Made by a program: the position numbers and the translations under genes. The notes beneath the pieces are model-generated. The model ran no database searches and was not told where the DNA came from. It saw only the letters and a list, made by a program, of their open reading frames with translations. Positions 39,536 to 54,877 of a stretch of DNA of 64,000 bases are shown here, piece by piece. Each line of letters starts with the position of its first letter. The stretch's first letter is position 1. The DNA is from Eledone cirrhosa (taxonomy: Eukaryota), in the NCBI GenBank assembly GCA_964016885.1, contig OZ024742.1:89528001-89592000 (forward strand). Direction: 5' to 3'.

Positions 39536-40223
39536 AAACAGCCTCCGCCAACGCATGACTGTCCATAGATCCCAAATTAAAATACGCTAATACAGAAAAA
39601 TACCACTGAGTGAACACATTGATATCTGTGCCGCCCAAAATCATCCCAACTTTAGAATCTTTCCTCTCTATAAATTTAAAGATAATGCCACCCACACCCA
39701 GCGCATCATCAAGGAATCTCACTTTATTAACAAATACGGATCCCGTCTAAACACTTCTCCCTAAGACGAAGCCACAACATACACACGTCAACATACATAC
39801 CTACATCAGCATACATCCTACATACATTTCTATCCACATATAAACACAATGACATTCGTAAACACGCATGTTCTATGGTGCAACACATATATACACAAAT
39901 TTGCATACCTTTTGATGTTTATAGATATAAACGTGCTGACACAGAAACATACATATGCGCACACATGCATTGCACACTGATGGGCACATACATGTTTGTA
40001 CACAAGTATTCCCATACGACCGGGCCTAATAGATTTCCCTTGCAGTGCGCAAAATCTGGACACTGACACACACCTTGGTGTTATGACAATACTATACATC
40101 ATTTCACCCCTCTTATTATTAATGTTTTTGATGTTCTTTTGACAGAATCGTTTTTTGCAAATTACTGAAAATATCGAATAATGTACACCATTTTTACCAG
40201 TATCACAAAAATACTGGTCCATC

Positions 40224-40255
<32 letters not shown>

Positions 40256-40442
40256 CACACACACTCACACATACACACATACACATACACACGCGTACAC
40301 TAACATACAAACAGACACACACACCCTTCTCCGTATAAGACAAGAGATGAAAAATATCTTTCAACATGTTAAAATATCCCCCACACACGTACACACACAT
40401 TCCTACTGACCGAATTTATTTCCTCTACCACGAACCACTCTG

Positions 40443-40484
<42 letters not shown>

Positions 40485-41129
40485 TTGTCTTAATAAACTT
40501 ATTTTTCAGTGACTTCTCAATCAGGCGAAAAAGGATACTCTTCGACAAACCTACATTTGGCGCAAAATCAATTTTTAACGTTCCCGTGACCTCTACCGAC
40601 CAATCAAAATTATTTTGACTACAAGAATGTTTGCAACACAAATTGGCGCGATATTTATAGTACTCATTCACGTGACATTCAGCAACCAACCAAATCTTAA
40701 TACCTCTGGAGCCACTTTTTTCACATGAAACAGGAAGAATTTCCAAAACTGATCAGATTAGAGCAAACATCACGAGCGCTCTATCTCAAAATTATTTTTG
40801 AAAAGCATTAGAAATACGCAACCGGTAAAAACTTAAAACTAAAACTGAATACTAACCAATACTTATTCCTAATTAAACTATTTTTCACTGGGAACAATTT
40901 TTCAGCATTTTCTTTTCCTTTTACTAATATATATATATATACATGTGTTTTCAAATCATAAGTGATATAAACACACCATGGGAAGGGGGGGGGGGGATAT
41001 ATTATCAACGTATAGAACAGTTTATACAAATTAATTAAAATGATAAATCAAGGTATACAAACCGACCATAACTATTAACACCCAGGCAAGTTCAGAATAA
41101 AGCTATGTTTGGCAATTAAGTGAAGACAT

Positions 41130-43279
41130 ATAGATCAGGTATTGCTCGTCGTGGATGTCTGTGAAAAATATGCTCATCACAACTAAATAATAATTAGAAG
41201 ACTATAAACGCACGTGTGGTAAAAGAGGAAAGACACACGCGACCATCGTTCAACGCGGCGCAAATAAAGATTGTTCGACTACTAAAAATAGCACCCAGAA
41301 CCATTCAACATATTACAGCTCTACTAAATAACAGGAGCCGAGTATATTAAATTAAAATGTTAAAAACTCGCATGAAGACGAACATCCCTTTTAACCTAGC
41401 AAGAAGAATTTGCACAATTGTCTCCAATTATGAAACGCGAAATAAAAGACTTCAAGAATTAAAGGAAATTCTACTCGAAAGACTACCCACCATTACTAAT
41501 AAATAATGGAATAGAAAGTGCTAAAGCAATAAGCATTGATGAATTACGAAAACAAAAACAAATTCAAGGTACGTCCAATATTCTATCATATATCTCAACA
41601 CACGACCCAATAAATGCGGAACTTACAACATTATTCGCAAGAACATCCCACTATTGAAACAAGACCCAAGAATGAAAAAAGCCCTTGAAACACACAAAAT
41701 AATCAAAAGCAAAAGACAACCGAAATCAATAAAAACATTACTCACAAGATGCCAAATTACCCACCACAAACCTACAACCAACTGTCACAAAATGTGGGGA
41801 CTCTAATTGTGGAACCTGCACTCACCTCATTGAAGGCAACACGTATACATTTCAATCAGGACAAAATTTTTCTGTAAAAAATCACTTCACTTGCCCATCA
41901 AAAAATCTACTTTATGCCATTAAATGAATGGCATAAACGAAGGATGCTATGAAGATTATATAGGACACACTAAACCCACACTAAGAAACAGAATCATAGT
42001 TCATCGCCAACAATTACGAGATCCAAGCACGAGACAGATACCACTAAGTGCACATCTAGACATATGCGCAAGTAATAAGACACCCACATTCCAAGTCTTC
42101 CCATTTTACCTTTGCGCTGACAATACAACAGAACAAATACGAATAAATAAGGGAAATATGTTTATTCAAAAATATAGACCAACATTAAATATAGTTTAAT
42201 AAACATTATGTCAACACCATAACATACTAACCATCCAAACAGACACATACATACACACACACATAACACCTTCTACTTTAGAAAATAAAAACCAGAACTA
42301 AATAAACCTTAACATACGTTAATACCCTAACACCTTAACATGCTAACCACACCATCCACAAACACACACAAAATATATATTCTCCCACACACACACATAA
42401 CACCCATACACACACACACACATACCCCCCCCCCCACACACACACACACATAACACCCATACACACCCAAACAACTCCCTTCCCTATTTCTACTAATAGA
42501 ATCATCTTCCCGCACACACACACACACACAGGCACACAAATAAACATACATATCTCTACTTTCTTTATTTCAATAGAAAGTCTGAATTCTGACACCCCAG
42601 CGAACCAGCCATATTTACTGAACCAGAACAATTCTGCCAATTCCATTTCTCTTGAACATTATCTTTTGTTTGTCTTAAAATTCTCTAAAAACTACAAAAT
42701 AAATTCCCAAATACGGGCGCGAAATTTAATGAACTTGTTCACGTGACAGTCATAAGTTCATTTATAACCAATCAAATTACATTAATAAAAAAAAGCCTTC
42801 GTGAGCCACCTTTTTAAAGTAAAAAGAAATTCAAACAAACTGGCGCGAAAGCTGATGACTGCATCAACCAACCAAACTTCAGTCATATATGAAAAGACAA
42901 GCTGAGCTGTCCTCCTCCTTGGTTTGAAGAACTAAGTAAGGCGAACTGGCGCGAAATTTATTATACTTAATCACCAACCAATCAAATTACTACTCTAAAA
43001 ACCTGCCGTTTCAAGCCACTTTTTCCATATAAAACAAGTAACATTCAAAAACCAACCAGATGTGAGAAAAACCACAGACCCTCCATCTCAACTCTACTTT
43101 TGAAAAGCAGAGGAACTGCGAAACCGGTAAAGGAACCAAATAAATATATATATATTTTTTTAAATAAGACTCCAGTTGCATTTCTATTTCATCACTATTC
43201 CTTTTATATATATATATATATTGTCCATTATCCATATCACAATGGAAAAACAATACTTGGTTTATTCATTATTTTTTTA

Positions 43280-43330
<51 letters not shown>

Positions 43331-44059
43331 AGTCCATAGAATCATTAGATAAAATATATACAGTATTTCTTCTCCCAATCACCATAAATCAACCACATAA
43401 TAAATCATTTAAACGAGGCTATAAGTTTAAAATATACTTATGAAGAAACAATAGATAAATGATATAGCTTCTTATCCGCAGTTGTAGCTACAAATAATTT
43501 ACCTAGTATTTCTAATTGCCTGTAAAAATTGACTAGACATATAGGTAACCATACATAATTAGGTACAAAATCAAAGTTAGAAGAAAAAATGTACATAAAC
43601 CTTACCAAAATCATCAAAATATCTCTAACCGCGTTGGTGTCATTCCATTTTTGGATATATCCGATCTTGGATAAATCAACGAGATTTGGAAATCATCAGG
43701 AGATAACTCAATTGGACAAAGATTTTTCTTACATGATCCCCGCCAGAAACGAATTCAAAATGGCTAAGAATTATGACGTGGCTAGTGGTCAAGGCAGAAA
43801 GTTTGTGATTGATGCCTGTCGGCGAGTACGATGGTTGCCAGAAAGCGCAGCTGAATACTGCCTAAACTGCTACTCACCTTACGGGAGTATATAAAATTTA
43901 ACGGGTATATACATATAAACTAGACACACTATATATATATAAAGAGGAATAAAAGAGGAAAGACACACGCGGCCATCGCCCAAGGCGGCGCAAATAGAGA
44001 TCGTTCGACTACTAAAAATATCACCAGAACCATTCATCATAATACTGTTCTACTTTAAT

Positions 44060-44092
<33 letters not shown>

Positions 44093-44295
44093 TGTTATTT
44101 AGTAGAGCTGTATTATGTTGAATGGTTTAGGGTGCTATTTTTAGAAGTCGAACGATCTCTATTTGCGCCGCGTTGGCCATGACCTCGTGTGTCTTTCCTC
44201 TTTTATCACACGTGCGTTTTTAGTCTTCTAATTATTATTTAGTTGTGATGAGAATATTTTTCAGAGACATCCACCAACGAACAATACCTGATCTT
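41130..44295 (+). mobile_element. Penelope-like element (Neptune-type RT thumb + GIY-YIG, 41375-42199) with direct and inverted pseudo-LTR segments
   Basis: NIPFNLARRICTIVS...IKSKRQPKS...KCGDSNCGTCTHL...FTCPSKNLLYAI...YIGHTKPTLRNRIIVHRQQL...FIQKYRPTLN. 41220-41332 recurs directly at 43950-44062; 41150-41332 recurs inverted at 44095-44294. Confidence 0.8.
43621..43704 (-). ncRNA. Type I hammerhead with extended stem II (degenerate)
   Basis: AUCUC-CUGAUGA-UUUCCA...UGGAAU-GACA-CCAACGCGG-UUA-GAGAU, with GAAA mutated to GACA. Covarying homologue at 54355-54440. Confidence 0.6.
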
Positions 44296-44334
44296 TATGT
44301 CTTCATAATAATTGTTTCTACTTTAGGCATCTTC

Positions 44335-44369
<35 letters not shown>

Positions 44370-44448
44370 ACAAGGGATTGTGGTAAGGAACCAGATGGAC
44401 CATAACGCACCAGAGTACTCAATACTTAGGATAGTAGAGTGGGAAATA

Positions 44449-44556
44449 GGAAAAAGCATGACCCCGACGGCAGAGCTCAAGACGTTTCGACGGCTATTTC
44501 TGGACTCCAGCAATAGCCGTCGAAACGGCTTGAGCTCTGCTGTCGGTGTCATACTT

Positions 44557-44560
<4 letters not shown>
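44449..44560. mobile_element. Palindromic MITE-like element, second copy
   Basis: GGAAAAAGCATGACCCCGACGGCAGAGCTCAAGACG.../...CGGCTTGAGCTCTGCTGTCGGTGTCATACTTTTTC followed by (TA)n. Confidence 0.8.
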
Positions 44561-44605
<45 letters not shown>

Positions 44606-44609
<4 letters not shown>

Positions 44610-45550
44610 TTAAAACAATGAAATAAAAGATCATGTTATTATAGATATACATCACTGCTTTACGAGCGTTTCTAGATGGTCATAATACATTGTATCTATA
44701 CTTATACACAGTTATTGATCTATGTAAGTTTACAAACTATCAGATAGAGAGAATATTTACTTACATGCATATCACCAGCTGTTTTCAAAAGCAATAATAA
44801 TTTTATTCAATAATAATTTTACTCAGAATTAGTATTATGTCCATATTTGGAGGTAGTTAAAGAACTAACGAATCAAATTGTTTTTTTCATATGGTGTTAA
44901 AACGAAAAGTAATACACTTTAGTTGAGGTCATGACCCTTTGAAAGAAGTGGTTGAAAGGTGTTAGTAGAGATGGCATAAAAATCTATTAGGAAGGAAGTG
45001 GATTGTCAAACTGATAGTTGAATGTATCTTGTATAGTGAATTTAAAAGGAATGTCAAAATAATTGGTGATTAGTGTTGAATTGAGTTTTAAGGTGAATAT
45101 AAATATATTTTGATATTCCTTTTAAATTCACTAAGATACATTCAACTGTCAGTTTGACATCCCCTTCCTTCCTAATAGATTTTTATGCCATTTCTACTAT
45201 CACCTTTCAACCATTCCTTTCAAAGTGTCATGAACGCAACTAAAGTGTATTACTTTTCATCTTAACACCATATGAAAAAAACAATTTGATTCGTTAGTTC
45301 TTCAACTACCTCCAAATATGGACATGATACTAATTGTGAGTAAAATTAATATTGAATAAAATTATTATGCTTTTGAAAACAGCTGGTGATATGCATGTAA
45401 GTAAATATTCTCTCTATCTGATAGTTTGTAAACTTACATAGATCAATAACTGAGTATAGATACAATGTATTATCACCATCTAGAAACGATCGTAAAGCAG
45501 TGAAGTATATCTCTAATGAGTTCATTTTTTATTTCATTGTTTTAACTTAT
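44606..45550. repeat. Long foldback: ~430-bp inverted arms (44606-45050 / 45118-45550)
   Basis: TAAGTTAAAACAATGAAATAAAA... versus ...TTTTATTTCATTGTTTTAACTTA, with colinear reverse-complement identity throughout. Starts at (TA)n. 45525-45645 recurs at 50105-50225. Confidence 0.92.
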
Positions 45551-45989
45551 ATCATGACTCTGTTTTCCTTTTAATGTGTTATTGTTTTCTGCGATTTCTT
45601 AACCTACAACATTTTCAACATATGGATTACATTGAGTTCTTCATACATAAGAAGGAAGGAAGTGGATTGTCAAACTGATAGTTGAATGTATCTTGTATGT
45701 CTTTCTTCTTATAGCTGACATTAACCCTGGCTTCTCTTCTTCTTCCTTCCCCCTTCTCTCTCCCTCCTTTCTTTCTTTCTTTTGTCTTGTGGCATGAGAT
45801 TAACGCTAACTTATGTTCCCATCCCTTTCTGTTTTCCTCTATCTGACCGGTAGTAGCACACTGTAAGCTTTAGCCACATCACTCGAGGGCGACCGGATAA
45901 GGTAGAAGGTAGAGGATAGCGATCGCCCTCGGGTGCTCGATGTTCAGCCCCATGTATTTTATCTATTACATTCACGTATTATATTTCGA

Positions 45990-46047
45990 ATACCTGATGA
46001 TATCACCGGATTCATACGGAACCCGGTCATTGAAATGACCATAGTAT
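45990..46047 (+). ncRNA. Type I hammerhead ribozyme (partly degenerate stem II)
   Basis: AUAC-CUGAUGA-UAUCACCGG...CCGGUCAUU-GAAA-UGACCA-UA-GUAU. Confidence 0.6.
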
Positions 46048-47259
46048 AATAAACCTTTCAAGGATTTACACAAATCCAGCCTCCTGTCATTTCATTATAA
46101 TATTTGCTCCGTAATAGCACCACCAACTACAAAAACAAAAACGGTTGAACTGCTTTACGTTGAGTACTCTCCATATTATTACATTACGATTGACCATACG
46201 GAATAGACCAGCTCTATCAAGTGGTGAACCTCAAACCTGAATATATATATATATATTTATATATATATATAATATTCAATTTAGGAAAGTTTGTTGATCA
46301 TTTAATCCGCTGACGTTTTTTATAAACGGACATAAATCACTCTATAAAATATCATTTTCGTTTCTATTTTTCTAACTTTATTTGATTTTGTTTTTTTATT
46401 TTCTAATTTAATTTAATTGTTTGATAATATAGTTAATATTACAATTGATGTAGAGAATATAAAACACATACAAATGCTCAGATAGATGAGAACCGAACTC
46501 ACCGAAACTGGAAACTAAAGGAACTAGAATTTATGCTCAGTGCATGGAATTGAGCTAATGGCTCCCTTTCAAACAAGCTAATTAAGGATGCCCTACAAAG
46601 ATGTGGCTTTCTGAGAACTTGGGCACAGCTACAACTGAAAAAGAACGAATTTATTCGTGCCTACACGCTTGTTCTGCTACACGTGGATCAGTTGAGCCAC
46701 ATTTGGTCAGAGGAGACAAAAGAAGAAGGGGAAGAAGTCGAAAACTAAGAAAAACAATGTCCCTGGGAAAAAGAAGGCCCAGGTTCTCTGTGAATTCCAC
46801 AAGAAAGTGACCTGTTAGCATAGGGCGTCTGGAACAAACTGCGGGTTTGCAAGTCGCACCCATCCTGCTTATGCCAACTACCCAAGCCAAAACCAACATG
46901 TGCAAACAATACAGTGCACAGGGTCACTGTCCAGGATGTATGCTGAGGTTGTACGCACTCCCCTGATGACGAGAAGGAAGTATACAGAAGCAGTACAGAG
47001 TTTTAACTGGATAAAAGGACTTTTTTTTTAATAACGGAAAAGATAGTGAGACAGATGACTTAGCTTCGTCAACTACAAAGCCAAATTCAGTTACATCAAC
47101 ACTCGCGACCACCACAAATAAAATAGCTGGTGTGGCCGCTTCTGATACCCACGCAAGTGCCATATAAGCAGCCACCACTGATCCCTAAAATGTCACACTA
47201 GTGCTACTAGTAAATGATCTTCTAACTGACACTCAGTATGGCTTTCGTCCGGGTAGAAA

Positions 47260-47420
47260 TTGTATATATTGGGAAGGTGATGTTTCAAATGAACACACAC
47301 GCCGCTGTTGTTTTCACTTCAATTTATTACAAATTACCGGGTGGTTGGTTCAATAACCCGATGGTTGTTTATTTATCGTCAAAGCTCTTTCGTCACACAT
47401 TCTGTGACCTCCTCAGTGAC
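47260..47420 (-). mobile_element. Short solo pseudo-LTR of the 17.6-21.2 kb PLE family, with HHR (47378-47420)
   Basis: Colinear with 15759-15953. HHR reads GUCA-CUGAGGA-GGUCAC-AGAAUGU-GUGAC-GAAA-GAGC-UU-UGAC. Confidence 0.8.
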
Positions 47421-48756
47421 TACCCTAATAATTTAGCTCCAATTAGTTGAGCGCTTTACGATGTAACCGATATGGTGGAGAAGAGAGGAACCAACCATAA
47501 GCTACCCCGGAAATTCCCTCTACTATGGGGATGGAAACCCCTTACACTGGACGGACATACTAGTAACTTTCGGCCGGATAAATACGCGGAAACAAATAAT
47601 AGGATAAACCCCTATTTTTCCTGCACCAAATCGCATTTGAACAGAGGCCCGCTCAATTCAATCTATACATGGACAGAAGGACAATCATATGGATCATTTT
47701 GCATATATGTACTCTGTGTCTTTGCATTTATTCACTATTGGTTCTGTTCTTTTCTTTTGTGTACTTTATGTCTGTTTTTCTTTGATTTTGTTCCATGTGA
47801 TGATAATTAAAACTGTGTACCAGATTCACTAATGCCTGGAGCCCTGTAGTTATAATGTACGGCACTGTCGTTCAATATGTGGATAGAGTGTCTGGGACAC
47901 TAGAATCCCTCTCAGAACATATTACTTAAACATCTCCCTCCATATTATTTACTCACTTCAGTCTATATTTTTACTCACCTCAATCCGAATTATCACCCGA
48001 AAAGAATTTTTTTTATTCTTTAATTTCTAATTGTTAATTTCTTAATTGTTTAATTTATAATTTCTGATATTTGATTTAGAATTTTAATTTTTATTTCCAA
48101 TTCTCACTCTTAACTTCCAACGTAAAACCATGATACCTATAATAAGTTTGTTTTCCCTTATAAGGTGATGGTCAGTCGTACCGTCAATGCTTAGTGAGGG
48201 GTAGTATAATGACCTGTAAAAACTAACACTCTCCCATCCCCTCTGGCTCTCGGCTGACATGATGGGTAGCAGCCGTGATGGGTAGCCGTGATGCCACAGC
48301 CGTGATGGGTAGCAGTAAAATATGGTACAGGTATTGGTGGGCCATTGTTTTGGATGATAGGATGAACTGACTAAGCAAATTTCGTTGAAGTCTGCGGTGG
48401 CGAATGGTCAACTTCCTTCGGACATGCGCTTGCGCAGGCCGGTGGGGCTGAATTGGTATTCACAAGGGAGCGGATGAAAAACCCCAAAACACGCAATTCA
48501 TCCGTTCCCTTGTCGATCCAATTCGGATTGCCTCGGAAACATAACCTTATTATGTAACAAGCTGTCTGATGATGACACGACACTCGCACACAGAACAGTG
48601 TGGCCAGTGTCGTCACTGAAATATATATCATAGCATTATTATTAAAGGACTTGAACATCTGAAACTACTTCGCTTTTCCTTATTCGATATTTACTCCATC
48701 ACTCCTATATGGAAAAAGTACGTTGAGTGCTTGAATTGAATTGCATCAATGTTTAC

Positions 48757-50088
<1,332 letters not shown>

Positions 50089-50259
50089 TTAAAACAATCA
50101 ATTGATTTTTTATTTCATTGTTTTAACTTATATCATGACTCTGTTTTCCCTTTAATGTTTTATGTTTTCCGGGATTTATCTTAACCTACAACATTTTGAA
50201 CATATGGATTACATCGAGTTCTTCATGCAGAATAGACCCCACAAGTTACTCTGGATACC

Positions 50260-50324
<65 letters not shown>

Positions 50325-51130
50325 TTTAAGTATGCATACGTACATATAAATGTATGTATATATATATATATATATATATCTAAAATCAAGGGAATGCAAA
50401 TACTGAAAAAATCTTAAAATAAATTCTAAATAATTCACTGTACTTACTGTATGTGCCCTTACCGCGGTTTCAAATCCCAAATGAATAGATAATCCAAGCG
50501 GATTTTTCATTAAGAAAAAGATTCTCGTCAGAAGGCATTTCTCTCTCGGAGGATATAAAATTCCCGAGTTAAAAATTATAAACTAGCGCCATTCAAAACT
50601 GCCTCAGAATGAGAGCAAATAAATGATAAACCAGTTTTGTCATGGTACCATGTGCAAAAGCAAAAGCAGGGTGGACAGGTCAATCCTGTACTGCTAAAAA
50701 TAGCAGCCATTCAGACGACCAAAGATGTCTCTACCATTGGGGAGAATAATAATAAAAGTATATGTCTCTACATGTAATTAATACACACAAGGACACAAGT
50801 CTGGTCCGACCATATATATATATATATACATTCCACACAATACAATTAGTTAGCACCCCGAACGTTTAATTAGGAATATACTCACTTTCCTAATGTTTGT
50901 TGAGTGAGTTGGGATTTGGCCGGCGCATTGCTATTAGCTTTCTCCGATAATGTATTTATATATATATATATATAAGCAAGATGTATGGTAGGTCGTACGT
51001 AAATCGCGATGATCACGCCTGATCTACCAAATATGCGACGGTAGCTAGGTAAGCTCTATGCGTATAAGCAGAGCAGAAATATTAATGAAAAAGAACAAAG
51101 GAACTATTATGACATTATAACAAGTTTATC

Positions 51131-51175
51131 GCTGACAGCCGTTTCGTCCGACCATATGGTGGGACTTTTCAGGGC
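51131..51175 (-). ncRNA. Degenerate type I hammerhead
   Basis: GCC-CUGAAAA-GUCC-CACCAUAUGGUC-GGAC-GAAA-CGGCUG-UC-AGC. G8 is changed to A and stem I is weak. Confidence 0.5.
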
Positions 51176-51570
51176 ATATAACAGGTGATTGTAAGTTCAT
51201 TATTTACATCAACGTTTCACTCAAGATTAGCAGTTTGAAATCGTGGTATACATCAACATCTCTGCTTGTATATTTGGGGTCTATATTCTAAGGGGGCTCT
51301 TTTATATTAGTTGTAGGAGTTGTAAAAGGGATGGGTTATAGGGAGTTAAGATAATTTGAAAAGAGCCTAAGAGTTAGGGATTGAAGGTTAAAAATTAAAG
51401 AATTTATAAGTTACGCATTAAAAGTAAGAGACTATGGATCTCGTAAAAGCACCTTTAAAAATCCCTCAATAAGCGCATAAAGCTTATAAGCCCCAATAAA
51501 CCTAAAGGAAAGGGATGTTTCTCTTTGTTGAATATAAGCCACCAATTTAGCGGAGAAGTATTTAGAGAGT

Positions 51571-51986
51571 TGTAATGTTGCCACGAGGAACCACCGTTGG
51601 TAGAAAGATATGATAGGAATATCGACAACGACTTTAGCTTGGTTTTACATTATTTATTAACAGAGGTTGCGCTGGCATGCCAAGAGAAATAAAACAAATC
51701 AATTAAGATTACAAGAGAAAATACGGGCGACTGACTGAAGGCGTTTGGCAAGGCTCGTAGGTAATGTTTTGTCGTTACATATTGTTTGTGCTTACGGAGC
51801 AAAAGAACAAGCGTGTTTTACCTTAGCATGGTCCAGCTGCGACTCATAGCGTCCTCAAATCTTTGCGGGCTATTTCTCCCTCAGAACGCGTAGGGATACA
51901 TCCTCTTCTCTTGGCGCTGATTGGCTGAGCTGAGCCAAATCAGGCACAGAGAATGTATGTGAGCCCGTGGAATGTAGGTCACTACA
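51571..51986 (-). mobile_element. Possible solo LTR
   Basis: 416-bp higher-GC island with TGTAATG...CACTACA inverted termini inside very A-rich DNA; AATAAA on the minus strand. No TSD visible. Confidence 0.4.
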
Positions 51987-52880
51987 AACCTAACAAACCA
52001 GAAGAGATTAAGAGAATAAAAAAAAATTAAAAAATAAAAATAAAATGTTTCCTAAAAAATTCCTTCAAAAACAAACAAAAAAATTTTTCTAAGAGATCCC
52101 CTTAAAAAATTTTAGAAAATTTACGAAGATTTAATAATCCCTACAAAAGTTCTAAACTCAAAAATTAAAAATTAAAAATTAAAAATTAAAAATTAAAAAT
52201 TAAAAATTAAAAATTAGGGAAAAGAACTTTCAATAAGATTTAAGAGGTTAATAAAGTTAATGATTTAGGGAATCCATAATATAAAGATTAAGATTTAAGT
52301 TAGGATTTGAATTTTAAGAGTTCCAAACCCAGAAATTAAAAAAAATTTATGAATTTAAGATTAAGCAATCTTATATATCCAAGATTAAAAATTAAAGATT
52401 AAGGGGTTGAACATTAAATTTAATTTTAAAAATTAAGAAAAAAATAGTTGAAAGAAATTAATTAATTAAAGGTTAATTCAAAAAGCCTTCAAAAAATACC
52501 TCAGAAAAAGCCCTTTTAATATTTTTAACAAAAACCTCTTCCGAAAGACCCTTCAAAGAATTAAAATTTTAGAGAACCTTTAAAAATATATATAAATGAA
52601 TTGAGGAAAATTAAAAATTAAAAATTAAAAATTACGGGATTTGGGAGATCCGAGGAATTTTCAAAGGGCTGCTTCAACAGATACAGCAACTTAGGTATAA
52701 TAGATAAAGTAATTTAAGTAATTTAAGTAATCTAATTAAGAAGCAATTCAAAGAGCTTATCAAGTTGGGCAAGATTAAAGAAAATGATAAGTAAGAAAAT
52801 ATATAAGCAAAACGACAATAATTATAAAATGTATTTTTAATAGCTTCAGTAATCTAATAATGTATTATCAAAAAATTATT

Positions 52881-53136
52881 TATATAGGATTAACAAAGAC
52901 ATAATAATATATTCCTGCCTAATTAACTAACAATCAATAAACAATTAATAGTCAAGCAAATTTACTCAGGGATATCCCACGCACGGATACTTTACACACA
53001 TACAGCAATATATAGGATTAACAAAGACATAATAGTATATTCCTGCCTAATTAACAAACAATCAATAAACAATTAATAGTCAAGCAAATTTACTCAGGGA
53101 TATCCCACGCACGGATACTTTACACACATACAGCAA
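52881..53136. repeat. ~129-bp tandem duplication
   Basis: TATATAGGATTAACAAAGAC...TACACACATACAGCAA occurs twice. Confidence 0.9.
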
Positions 53137-53189
53137 GATGAACAATACAGGTGACCTTGTGGGTGCGATATCCATTGTGCCATGCAGTA

Positions 53190-53930
53190 ATCTGCATAGC
53201 TCCAGGCACAGTTGGTCTTGTTGAAAAGTTCCGAGTTCACGAATCAACTGGGATTCACTATCAGCTGTGTGGACTCTCTGGGAAATGTACCTGTGGATCA
53301 AATAGCTAGTGGTCACAGGGTGTGGTCCGTTCGATCTTTTCCATGTAGTTTCGGTCGTGCCAGTTATTAATCCATGCGTGGGATTGCACGCGTTTGCGAT
53401 AGATCAGCCTGCCGGTTATAAATCCAAGGTTTTGCTGTATAGGATATATTGGTGTACATGATATATTGGTAAAAAAGTCCAGTATGGACTTGACTGGGGT
53501 GGTATATTGCGTCTCTCGCTATTATCCCCTCCTCTCACCAATTCCAAGTTCACACGCGACTGGTCAAATTCTAAGGGCTGTCTCCTCTTTGCTTGTTGTA
53601 GGGGTCGGTTTTAGATTAGATGGTGGTTGTGTTATCCATGTTTCTTCTTTATCCCGTCAGTCATGCATATTCAAGACAGATCACGGTATATATGCAAATA
53701 TTTGCGGGTATGGTCCGGCGTCTACGCTATCCAAAGGGTCTCTCTTGTGGTATTTTCAAATTCGCATGTCATCTCCCGGTTAAGTCTGCGCATGCTTCGG
53801 TGAATCCCGTGCATGGAATCTTGGGGTATCATATTACACGGGGTGACTAGCAGAAAATACATACTCCATGCTCTCACGCAGGCGCAGGCCTGTGGCTACG
53901 ACCATGTCCAGTCTCGGGTAGTAGCAGACA
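53190..53930 (-). mobile_element. Highly decayed Penelope-like GIY-YIG region
   Basis: Remnants TGRLIYRKRVQSH...HPVTTSY...ESQLIRELGTFQ; adjoins inverted and direct pseudo-LTR-like repeats at 53956-54860. Confidence 0.45.
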
Positions 53931-53955
53931 GCATGTATAATTCAAAGGGTTATAT

Positions 53956-54860
53956 GTATATAATTCGACATAGTCACAGATACATATATGAGTTTGGCTA
54001 CCTTTCACGGTGTGGCTCAAACTTGCAATTTTTTATATATAGCACTGATTAATCATTATTTGCTTAATTAATTCTTCATTGAGCCACACCGTGAATGGTT
54101 GCCAAACTCATATATGTATCTGTGACTATGTCTAATTATATACATATATCCCTCTAAATTTAATATATACTCCCGTAAGGTTGAGTAAAACTTTAGGTAG
54201 TATCTGGCTGCGCTTTCTATCAACCAGCCTACTTACCGACTGGCAACCAATCACTACTCTCTGCCTTGACCGCTAGTCATGTGATAATTCTTAGCCATTT
54301 TTTAATTCATTTCTGGCGGGGATCACGGTAGTAATTTTAGTCCAGACTCGAGGTGTCTCTTGAAGAGTTCCAAGCCTTGTGGATAGATCCAGGATTGGGT
54401 ATATCCGGAGAAAAGGAACAAAACTACCGGTAGTCGAGACTAGAGGAATTTTGGTAAAGTTTATATGCATTTATACTTCTAACTTCTATTTATACCTAAC
54501 TCCGTGTAGTTGATTATTTATCTAGTCAATTTCTAAGGGCTAAAAGGAATGACTAAGTAAATTTTATCTTGCTATCCCTCGAAGAAGATAGTCTGTATCA
54601 TTTGTCTATAATTTCTTCATAGTTATTTTTTAAACTTATAGCCTCGTTTAAATGATTATTTATGTGGTTGATTTCTACGGGCTAGGGAAAGGAAATACTG
54701 TATATATTTTATCTAATAGTTCTTCAAACTTGCAATTTTATATATAGCTCTGATTAATGATTATTTGCTTAACTAATTCTTCATTGAGCCACACTGTGAA
54801 AGGTAGCCAAACTCATATATGTATCTGTGACAAATTATATACATATATCCCTTTGAATTT
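53956..54860 (+). repeat. Pseudo-LTR-like unit with short hairpin (53956-54020 / 54079-54143), direct repeat (54018-54160 / 54725-54860) and HHR (54355-54440)
   Basis: 54155-54717 is a diverged reverse complement of 43343-43900. HHR reads GUCUC-UUGAAGA-GUUCC...GGAAC-AAAA-CUACCGGUAG-UC-GAGAC. Confidence 0.75.
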
Positions 54861-54877
54861 TATATATATATGTATAT

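Noticed and set aside
41119-41182. HHR in the 41.1/44.2-kb pseudo-LTR (TGAAGA...GAAA-AATATT-CTC)
   Set aside because: C3 is missing in both copies and stem I cannot be formed convincingly; not counted.
41920-41930. Apparent TGA at the Cys position after LLYAIK in the Neptune-type GIY-YIG
   Set aside because: The downstream domain continues in another frame (NGINEGCYEDYIG), so this is a 1-nt deletion rather than a recoded codon.
46601-47178. Short ORFs in a moderately GC-rich stretch as a host exon
   Set aside because: No recognisable motif, sustained frame or convincing splice signals; probably an unclassified repeat remnant.
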